Origin: Vicinamibacteria bacterium
GTDB taxonomy: Bacteria; Acidobacteriota; Vicinamibacteria; Vicinamibacterales; JAENWD01
Length of the DNA: 64,000 nt
Direction: 5' to 3'
Assembly: GCA_963818215.1 (NCBI GenBank)
Contig: CAWFRL010000013.1
Location: 139,609 to 203,608 of the forward strand
In this document: in pieces, positions 57,307 to 64,000 of the stretch
How positions within the stretch are numbered: position 1 is the first letter of the stretch
Layout of the letters: each line of letters starts with the position of its first letter
Position numbers and translations under genes: made by a program
Notes under the pieces: generated by a model
What the model was told of the DNA's origin: nothing
Database searches by the model: none
Seen by the model: only the letters and a program-made list of their open reading frames with translations

Positions 57307-58155
57307 ATGGTGATTCGAGGATTTGCGGCGTTGGCGCTGGTCGCCGTCACCGCGGCGGGTGCCTCGGCGCAGGAAGTGGCGTCGGTCGGAGGACTCGCGC
57401 CTGCGCCCGAGCAGATGCGCGTGCGCTTCCAGATTGCAGCCATGGAGGGCGTGCTCGAGCGCGCCGTGCAGCTGGGCGCACGACGTTTGAGCCAGCAGGT
57501 GCAGGCGGTGAGCCCCGACATGCTCGTCATCGGAGGCGCGGCGCGCGCCAAGGGGTTCCTGCTCGACGGCTATGGGGCGTTCTTCGACGTCGATGTGCCC
57601 GCCCTGCGCCGCAGTGTGGCGTGGAGCTTCAGGCAGATGGGCCGGACCGACGGCTCGGTGGAGACCGCCATCACGTCGCTCAGGAGAAACCTGCAGTCCG
57701 TGAACGATCCGGCAGTGCGCCGCGAGATGGACGAGGCGATTCAGCGGCTGGCGCGCATTGTCGGGCCCATGCCGGGGCAGATGCCCGGCGGTCTCGCGCC
57801 CGGCGTCCAGGCCATCTCGACTGGCCGCGGCGAGGTGACGGTGAGCAACGCCCCGCAATCGGTGACGGCGCAGCAGGCGGCCATCATCGACGACCCCGGC
57901 CTGGCCTACACCAACGAGGTCAAGGCGGCGCTGGTCGACGCCATGCTCGACTACGGCGCGCCCATCCCCATCGGCGACGACCAGTGGCTCACCATTGCCG
58001 CGCGTGACGACAACGACAGCCGCCTTGGCGGCGGCGATCCCTACGACGTGTCGACGATCGTCCTGCGCATCAGCGGGGCAGACCTCTCCGCCTTCCGGGC
58101 CGGCAAGCTGACGCGTGAAGAGACGCTGGCGAAGGTGGAGGCCAGGGAATACTGA
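57307..58155 (+). CDS. hypothetical secreted protein (282 aa, intact)
   Basis: ORF 57307-58155. Signal MVIRGFAALALVAVTAAGASAQ. No family recognised. Same strand as, and directly downstream of, the sigma/anti-sigma pair. Confidence 0.6.
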   Translation: MVIRGFAALALVAVTAAGASAQEVASVGGLAPAPEQMRVRFQIAAMEGVLERAVQLGARRLSQQVQAVSPDMLVIGGAARAKGFLLDGYGAFFDVDVPALRRSVAWSFRQMGRTDGSVETAITSLRRNLQSVNDPAVRREMDEAIQRLARIVGPMPGQMPGGLAPGVQAISTGRGEVTVSNAPQSVTAQQAAIIDDPGLAYTNEVKAALVDAMLDYGAPIPIGDDQWLTIAARDDNDSRLGGGDPYDVSTIVLRISGADLSAFRAGKLTREETLAKVEAREY

Positions 58156-58156
58156 G

Positions 58157-58232
58157 ATTGCAGATTGCAGATTGCAGATTGCGATTGCGATGCGCGATGC
58201 GCCAGTCCTCGCTCCGCAATCGCAATTGCAAT
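58157..58232. repeat. ATTGCAG x3 / ATTGCG x2 array forming a ~18-bp hairpin with downstream CGCAAT x3
   Basis: ATTGCAG at 58157-58177, ATTGCG ATTGCG at 58178-58189, ATGCGCG ATGCGCC. The right arm CGCAATCGCAATTGCAAT (58215-58232) is the reverse complement of 58171-58189 apart from one bulge. Starts 2 nt after stop 58153-58155. Confidence 0.85.
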
Positions 58233-58242
58233 CCAATGCTCC

Positions 58243-58714
58243 ATGCGTGCGCCCTGCCTCCTGGTCCTGCTGCCGCCGCTGCGGCGGGCCTCCCGCTCCG
58301 CTCGATAAGGTCGTCCGCGTCGAGGAGGTCGTCACCGGATGGTTCGACGCCGGGGTGACCGACGATGGCAAGAACAAGATCGTCCCGAGCATCTCGCTGA
58401 AGCTCACCAACACGAGCGGCGACCCGACCGGTGGCGTGCAGTTGAACTGCATCTTCCGGCGCGTCGGCGATCCCGAGGAGTGGAGCACCGCCCTGGTTCG
58501 CGTGGTCGACACGAGCGGCCTCGCTCCAGGCGCGACCTCTAAGCCGGTGGTGGTGCGGGCGCCGCAGGGCTACACCGGCCTGCAGCCTCGGGCGCAGCTG
58601 CTCGACAACCGCCTGTTCATCGACGCCAAAGTCGAGGTGTTCGGCAAGCACGGGTCCGCGACCTGGGTGAAGCTGGGCGATTACCGAATCGACCGGCAAT
58701 TGCTCACCCGGTAA
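58243..58714 (+). CDS. hypothetical exported/lipoprotein-like protein; start and one frameshift uncertain
   Basis: ORF 58115-58714 C-part: ...LDKVVRVEEVVTGWFDAGVTDDGKNKIVPSISLKLTNTSGDPTGGVQLNCIFRRVGDPEEWSTALVRVVDTSG...WVKLGDYRIDRQLLTR. ATG 58243 gives MRAPCLLVLLPPL (signal-like) in another frame. ATG 58236 is an alternative start. Confidence 0.45.
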
Positions 58715-58715
58715 C

Positions 58716-60081
58716 GTGCTGGTGAAGGCCACAGTCCTCGAACGCCGCCTGGGGCCGCTCGACGCGGCCGCCATCATCGTCAGCAACGTCATCGGAGGAG
58801 GCATCTTCCTCACGCCAGCCGTCATCGCCGGCCTGATGGGCGATGCGTGGGCGATGCTGGCGGTCTGGCTGCTCGGCGGCGCGATCGCCTTTGCGGGCGC
58901 CATGGCCTATGCCGAGCTGGCCGCGCTTCGGCCACAGGCCGGCGGGGAGTACGTCTACCTGCGCGAGGCCTTCGGGCCGCTGGCCGCATTTCTCACCGGC
59001 TGGACGTCCTTCGTCGCGGGATTCTCGGGCGCGATTGCCGCCAGCGCCGTCGGGTTTGCCTTCTACCTCGGACGCTTCATTCCCGCCGCGGCCGACACAC
59101 GGCCTCTGCTCGAGGGCGGCCTGGGGCCAATCCACCTGGCAGTGACGCCGCAAGCGCTGGTCGCCATCGCCCTCATCGTGCTGTTGACCTTCGTCCATGT
59201 GCGCGGCGTCGGGCCGGGGCGCCTCGTGCAGAACCTGCTGGCCGCGGCCAAGGTCACCTTCCTCATCATGCTCGTCCTGCTGGGGTTCGGACTTGGCGAC
59301 GGATCGTGGGCGCACATCGAGGCGCCGCGTCCGCTGGGCGCCGGCAGCTGGCTGCTGGCGCTCGTGCCGGTGATGTTCAGCTACGCGGGATGGAACGCGG
59401 CGTCGTACGTCGCCGAGGAGATCCGCGATCCGGAGCGCTTCGTGCCGCGCGCCCTGGCGCTGGGCACCGGCGCGGTGGTGTTGCTCTACGTGGTCCTGAA
59501 CCTTCTCTACGTCTACTCGATCCCGGTGACGGAGCTGGCCGCGCTGAAAGGCAGCGTGATGGATGTCATCGCCGAGCGGCTCTTCGGCGCCACGGGCCGG
59601 CGACCTGCTGGCAGTGATGACGGCGGTGAGCATCGCGGCGAGCGTCAGCGCGATGATCATCGCAGGCCCACGCGTCTATTTCGCGATGGCGCGCGATGGC
59701 CTGTTCTTCCGCAAGGCCGTCGAGATTCACCCGGTCTACGGCACGCCGTTCAACGCCATCCTCGCGCAGTCGGCGTGGAGCGTGCTGCTCGTCCTCTCGG
59801 GCAGCTTCGGCCAGCTCATCATCTACACGGGCTTCTCGGTCGTGCTCTTCTCGGGGATCGCTGGCGTGGCGCTGTTCGTGCTGCGTCAACGGCATCCCGG
59901 CGAGCCGCGGCCGTTTCGCGCGTGGGGGTATCCGCTGATGCCGGGCCTGTTCGTGCTCGCCTCGGCCCTGATCGTCGGCAACGCCGTCTGGCGCGATCCG
60001 GGCCCGTCGGCCGCGGGTCTGGCCATCATCGCCGCCGGGTTGCCGCTCTACGTGTACCTTCGCAGAGCACGTAGTACGTAG
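58716..60081 (+). CDS. APC family amino acid permease; one frameshift
   Basis: GTG 58716. ...LDAAAIIVSNVIGGGIFLTPAVIAG...YAELAALRPQAGGEYVYLREAFG (ORF 58716-60074). C-part is ORF 59563-60081: ...LLAVMTAVSIAASVSAMIIAGPRVYFAMARDGLFF... Shift near 59595. Confidence 0.85.
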
Positions 60082-60160
60082 GGCGGAACTTCAGTCCGCC
60101 ATCGTTGCAGTGCCCGAACTGAAGTTCGGGCCTAGCGTACTGGCGCTGAAGTTCGGGCGT
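60082..60160. repeat. cluster of three REP-like GAACTTCAG/CTGAAGTTC hairpin elements between convergent genes
   Basis: GGCGGAACTTCAGTCCGCC (60082-60100), GCCCGAACTGAAGTTCGGGC (60112-60131, perfect), GCGCTGAAGTTCGGGCG (60143-60159, half element). Confidence 0.85.
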
Positions 60161-60166
60161 ACGTGC

Positions 60167-60746
60167 CTACAGCGTCGGCAGGTCCACATCCAGGCGCCGG
60201 ACATGTCGCCGACGCGAATCGTGCCGGGCTGCACGACCCGCGCGTTGATCCCGCGAAGGTTGAGTCGCCGGCCGACCGGTGAGTTGACGAACTTCATCGC
60301 GTCGAGCCCAAAGCGATCCACGAACTTGTGGCATCCCGTGTGTGGCTCGGCCGAGACCTCGATCACGGCGGTGCCGATGGCCAGACGCGTGCCGGGCGGC
60401 AGGTTCTCGCCGCTCAGATCGAGATCGACGTACAGCTGATCGCCAGCCAGGGCCCAGCGCTCGGGGTGCTGCGCGACCAGCGCCGCGGCGCGCACGTTCA
60501 TCACATTGAGCTGCATCTCCGGATGCGCCCGGCCATCGACGCTGCGCGAGCTGCCGCGCCGGCTCCACGTGTCGCCGACCAGCCCTTCGACCAGATCGAG
60601 TTGCCCTTCTCGAAGCACCTCGCGCGCGTCCACGGCCGGACGCCGGACGATGAGCGCCAGCACCCCTTCGAGCCTGGGCGAGCGCTCGATCTCGTCGAGG
60701 CCGGCGTGGAGCTGTTCGGTCGTGAGATGTGTGATCTGTCGTGCAT
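60167..60746 (-). CDS. MOSC domain-containing protein; about 2 frameshifts, ends inferred
   Basis: ORF 60091-60663(-) ...LALIVRRPAVDAREVLREGQLDLVEGLVGDTWSRRG...MQLNVMNVRAAALVA...EPHTGCHKFVDRFG...GINARVVQPGTIRVGD. The same frame upstream reads ITHLTTEQLHAGLDEIERSPRLEG, and ATG rc 60744-60746 (MHD) joins after one shift. The likely true tail VRRLDVDLPTL-stop at 60167 is in another frame. The listed ORF otherwise reads through the REP cluster. Confidence 0.65.
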
Positions 60747-60894
60747 CCTCGGTGATTCCCCCGGACCTTTATACCGGAAACACAGCCGACATCGACAATC
60801 ACAACCTGGTCGAGCTGCTGGCGCCCCTGATCGCCCGCAGTGCGCGCACTGGTGAAATCGTGGACTACGCGATGCACCAGGCACGTCGACCTCT

Positions 60895-61338
60895 ATGTCG
60901 TGGCATCCAAACGGCGATCGCCGCAGGCTCTATTCCGACCCTGCCGCCGACTTCGATCGACTATACAATCTGCCGATGGTGCGCGTTCTGTCCGTCGTCT
61001 GCCTCGTCGTCAATACCGGCGCCGGTCTGGCGATCGCAGCCACGCGAGGCGGTTTTCTGTCGCAATTGGGCCTGCCGCCACCGTTGCCGTTCTATGCAGA
61101 TCTGCTCGCGGTCTTCCTCGTGGGCTCCGGAGTGGGGTTCATCCCGGCGGCGCTGAATCCCGCGCAGCAACGCCCGTATCTCTGGACGTTTGGCGTGGGG
61201 GTGAAGCTGGTGGCGGCCGTGTTGTTCCTGCGCCTGGCGCTGACCGGCCTGGTCGGATGGCTGCCGGGCCTCGCGGCGGCCGCCGACGGGGCGCTGGCCG
61301 TGCTGTTGCTGATGGCGTTCCTCAAGCCGGCGAGGTGA
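60895..61338 (+). CDS. hypothetical integral membrane protein (147 aa, ~4 TM helices, intact)
   Basis: ORF 60895-61338. ...MVRVLSVVCLVVNTGAGLAIAA...FYADLLAVFLVGSGVGFIPAAL...LWTFGVGVKLVAAVLFLRLAL...ALAVLLLMAFL. No family recognised. Confidence 0.5.
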   Translation: MSWHPNGDRRRLYSDPAADFDRLYNLPMVRVLSVVCLVVNTGAGLAIAATRGGFLSQLGLPPPLPFYADLLAVFLVGSGVGFIPAALNPAQQRPYLWTFGVGVKLVAAVLFLRLALTGLVGWLPGLAAAADGALAVLLLMAFLKPAR

Positions 61339-61498
61339 CCTCGATGGCGTGCCGGGCGATTGACGAGCCCTGAGGTTCGAACCACGTCACCCCTTCTTCG
61401 ACCAGATCGAACTTGAAGTGCCGTCGCCGCTCCGTCGGTGCGCCACGCGGCTGCTCCGGACGCTGCCTGGCGGCGACGATGACCGGATGATCGGCCAT
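61322..61498 (-). pseudogene. orphan fragment resembling the C-terminal domain of the radical SAM protein at 16897-18260
   Basis: Tail of ORF 61322-62542(-): MADHPVIVAARQRPEQPRGAPTERRRHFKFDLVEEGVTWFEPQGSSIARHAIEVTSPA, compared with ...EIPAPAEPGRYQLKFDLVSEGIDWFESSGSPT at 16900-17020. No upstream catalytic domain. Overlaps the 3' end of the convergent membrane-protein gene. Confidence 0.3.
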
Positions 61499-61616
61499 GG
61501 CGCCGCGCAAGAGCCGCACGAGGTGATGCAGGGCTGCCGCGAAGCTGGATGAGTGCTGCGCTGTCGTCGAGTGTCGAGGTGCCGGGCGGCGAGAAGGGCT
61601 TCCCTTCGAGTCGGCT

Positions 61617-61655
61617 CCGACCGGCGATCCCATCGAAGGGATTCTAGCCGGTCGG
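61617..61655 (-). terminator. stem-loop immediately downstream of the PEGA gene (possible terminator, no U-tract)
   Basis: CCGACCGGC (61617-61625) / GCCGGTCGG (61647-61655), perfect 9-bp stem with a 21-nt partly self-pairing loop. Lies ~25 nt after the stop at 61681-61683. Confidence 0.4.
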
Positions 61656-61680
61656 AAACCGCGCGTCTGCCTACGGGACT

Positions 61681-62597
61681 CGCTTGAGCTCGCCCTTGTA
61701 GGTGATCTTCTCGTCCGGCTGCGTGCGGATCTCGAAGCTGATCGACTCGTAGCCGCCGCCCGCAGCTCGATGCGGTGCGGGCCCACATCCAGGTTCAGTT
61801 GCTGGAAGGCGCCGTCGAAGTCATCCACCACGCCGGCAAGGTAGCCATCCACGAACACCTCGGCCTCGCGGGGCTTCACCTTCAGTCGGAGCCCGCCGTA
61901 GATCTGATAGGTCGGGCCGGGATAAGGCCCGTAGCTGCCGTATCCGTAGCCGTAGCCCGCCCCGTAGCCGTAGCCCGCCGCCGTAGCCGAGGCCGAGGCC
62001 ATAACGGTAGCCGCCGTACGGGTATCCAAAGCCCCACCACGGATCCCAGAAGAAGCCGTAACTGAGCGGGTAGTACGGGTAATACCACGTGTTCCAGTGC
62101 GGGTAGTAGCCGCCACCGTGGCCTGAATATGGCGGGTACCGGCGGGCAGTGGCGTCCCGAAGCTTTGACGCCCTCCGCGGTCGCGCGGCGTGGCGTGAAC
62201 CGGCGCCGCCGTCGCTGCCTCGGGGCCCGGCGAGCCGCCGCGGCGCGCGACGGCACGATCGCCGTCGCCCGAGCCGCGACGATCCGGTGGCGGCGACGTG
62301 CGTTGACGCGACTGGTCTCGTCCGGATGCCGGGCGCGCGCGGTTCGAGTCGCCGCTCGATGCGGTTGCGCTCGATGTGGCGGGCGCCGGGGCGGGGCGCG
62401 GCGCCTCCGCACGTGGCGCGGGCGCGGCGCGAGGTACGGCGCGCTCGCCGCCGCCACTGGCGCGCGCGGGCGGCGCCTGCCGCTGTTCCGACCGGGTTGG
62501 CGGTGCGGACCTCGGCTTGGCGTCTTGCGCGTGGGCAGCCACGCCCGCGGTGGCAAGCGCCCCCGACGATCATGGCAACGCGAAAGTGACGGCACAT
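61681..62597 (-). CDS. secreted PEGA-domain protein with Arg/Pro/Ala-rich and Gly/Tyr/Trp-rich low-complexity regions; about 3 frameshifts
   Basis: ATG rc 62595-62597 MCRHFRVAMIVGG..AHAQDAKPRSAPP (signal). ...YPPYSGHGGGYYPHWNTWYYPYYPLSYGFFWDPWWGFGYPYGGYRYGLGLGYGGG / YGYGAGYGYGYGSYGPYPGPTYQIYGG. PEGA part: LRLKVKPREAEVFVDGYLAGVVDDFDGAFQQLNLDVGPHRIELRA then GGYESISFEIRTQPDEKITYKGELKRVP-stop. From ORFs 61821-62696 and 61322-62542 plus hand translation. Confidence 0.65.
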
Positions 62598-62773
62598 GGC
62601 GATTCTCCTGAGTCGTCGCGGTCCTGGACCTGGCGGCGACGTACCGACTTGTAAAGCAACCGCCCTGCCAAACCCAACCATCCGCAAAGACGGCATTCTG
62701 CGGGATTTCAGGCGGGTTGTCCTGTGGCGGCGTCACCTCGGCCAGCGACAGCCACCTGGATTGTCCCCGTTCC

Positions 62774-62802
62774 TTGACACCCCTCCGGGCGACCGATAGG
62801 CT
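62774..62802 (+). promoter_or_regulatory. candidate sigma-70-type promoter for hslVU
   Basis: TTGACA (62774-62779), 17-nt spacer, TAGGCT (62797-62802). This would leave only a very short leader before ATG 62816. Confidence 0.35.
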
Positions 62803-62815
62803 CGAAATCACCGCC

Positions 62816-63343
62816 ATGTTTCATTCAACCACAATCCTTGCGGTCCGGCAGGGCGATCACACCGTGCTCGCCGGCGACGGCCAGGTCACCTTCGGGCAGA
62901 CGGTGATGAAACAAGGCGCGCGCAAGATCCGTCGGCTGTACCACGACCGCATTCTCGCCGGGTTTGCCGGCTCGGCCGCCGATTCCTTCGCGCTGTTCTC
63001 GCGCTTTGAAGCCAAGCTCGAACAGTACCGCGGCAATCTCGAGCGCTCGGCGGTGGAACTGGCGCGCGACTGGCGCACCGACCGCGCGCTGCGGCGACTG
63101 GAGGCCATGCTGATCGTCGCCGACAAGGACGCGATGTTTCTGCTGTCGGGCACCGGGGACCTGATTCAACCTGACGATGGCCTCGTGGCGATCGGCTCGG
63201 GTGGTCCCTACGCGCTGGCCGCAGCGCGGGCGCTCACTCGGCATACCTCACTCTCGGCGCGCGACGTCGCCGAGCAGTCGATGGCGATTGCCGCCGACAT
63301 CTGCATCTACACCAACCATCAGATCGTCGTCGAGGAGCTCTAG
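62816..63343 (+). CDS. hslV: ATP-dependent protease subunit HslV (intact)
   Basis: Within ORF 62717-63343, ATG at 62816. [41 protein letters not shown]...[22 protein letters not shown]...[17 protein letters not shown]. Confidence 0.95.
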   Translation: MFHSTTILAVRQGDHTVLAGDGQVTFGQTVMKQGARKIRRLYHDRILAGFAGSAADSFALFSRFEAKLEQYRGNLERSAVELARDWRTDRALRRLEAMLIVADKDAMFLLSGTGDLIQPDDGLVAIGSGGPYALAAARALTRHTSLSARDVAEQSMAIAADICIYTNHQIVVEEL

Positions 63344-63395
63344 CAGAGACGTGGCAATTCACCTGCCGGAACGGACGCAGAGCTCGACTGAAGCG

Positions 63396-64000
63396 ATGAC
63401 GCCGCGCCAGATCGTCGCCGAACTCGACAAGCACGTGATCGGACAGCACAAGGCCAAGCGCGCGGTGGCGATTGCGCTGCGCAACCGCACGCGGCGACAG
63501 AAGCTGCCCAAGGACCTGGCCGACGACGTCGCGCCGAAAAACATCCTGATGATCGGGCCCGACTGGCGTCGGCAAGACCGAGATCGCGCGCCGCCTGGCG
63601 CGCCTGGCGCAGTCGCCCTTCATCAAGGTCGAAGCGTCGAAGTTCACCGAAGTCGGCTACGTCGGGCGCGATGTCGAGTCGATGGTCCGCGACCTGGTGG
63701 AGCTGGCAATTGCGATGGTGCGCGACGAACGCTTCGAAGAGCTGCGGCCGCAGGCGCGCCAGGCGGCCGAAGATCGGCTGCTCGACTTGTTGTTGCCGCC
63801 GGGACCGCGGCCCGAGGTCGATCCCGCCGTGTCCGGCCTGCCCGATCCGGCCCAGGGCACGCGCGAGCGGCTCCGGGAGCACCTGCGGTCCGGTCGGCTC
63901 GATCACCGCGCGGTCGAGATCGACGTGCGTGATACGAGCGGGCCCGCCTTCGAGATCATCAGCGGCGGCAACGTCGAGGAAGTCGGCATCAACGTCAAGG
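63396..64000 (+). CDS. hslU: ATP-dependent protease ATPase subunit HslU (5' part; continues beyond window); one frameshift
   Basis: [55 protein letters not shown]. After removing one base at GGGCCC (63555-63560): [49 protein letters not shown]...RAVEIDV...EEVGINVK. The frame is open to the window end. Confidence 0.95.

Noticed and set aside
60091-60166. C-terminal 25 residues of the MOSC ORF (…CRRCRHVRPNFSASTLGPNFSSGTATMAD)
   Set aside because: This tail is a translation of the REP-like hairpin cluster. A one-base shift after ...IRVGD gives a plausible short tail ending at 60167, so the read-through is attributed to an indel.
61374-61383. GGTTCGAACC resembling a tRNA T-arm
   Set aside because: No acceptor or anticodon stems can be drawn around it. 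On the minus strand it simply encodes the WFEPQ motif of the orphan domain fragment.

Overview
High-GC (about two-thirds G+C by eye, not computed) bacterial chromosomal segment. It is most consistent with Acidobacteriota: two ADOP-type orphan duplicated FtsX permeases, a TonB-dependent receptor with a CarboxypepD_reg N-terminus, and CRTAC1/ASPIC-UnbV plus TPR genes. I can support about 55 protein-coding genes. I recognised no rRNA, tRNA, CRISPR array, transposase or prophage. Housekeeping blocks are uvrA-lpxC, lysA-tmk, rplU-rpmA-obgE-nadD-rsfS, dprA-topA-trmFO-xerC and hslVU. Between xerC and hslVU lie about 28.7 kb of regulatory and envelope genes: a PLD-like lipid synthase, an NtrC-type two-component pair, an ABC-F ATPase, a TonB receptor/4xTPR/CRTAC1/amine-oxidase cluster, a GAF-PAS kinase/HTH-REC regulator/ECF sigma/anti-sigma cascade, an APC permease and a PEGA protein. 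Two features stand out. (1) About 39 of 55 genes, including essential ones, need one or more +/-1 frame changes as sequenced, and the three junctions I inspected fall at or beside short G/C runs. This most likely reflects consensus indel error, so I call these genes CDS over their full reconstructed span; frameshift positions are approximate. (2) Many intergenic spacers are filled by a small vocabulary of 7-8 nt tandem arrays (CGTGAACC, ATTGCAG, GTGCCGA, GAAGGCRC, GGATTAC) and a REP-like GAAC-TTCA-GTTC hairpin. The same kind of array sits inside the conserved ORFs of lysA, trmFO and possibly xerC. No clearly novel multi-gene system can be proven from sequence alone. The best candidates are the TonB/TPR/CRTAC1 cluster, a radical SAM protein with a permuted architecture next to an ECF-sigma/STAS module, and the repeat system itself.
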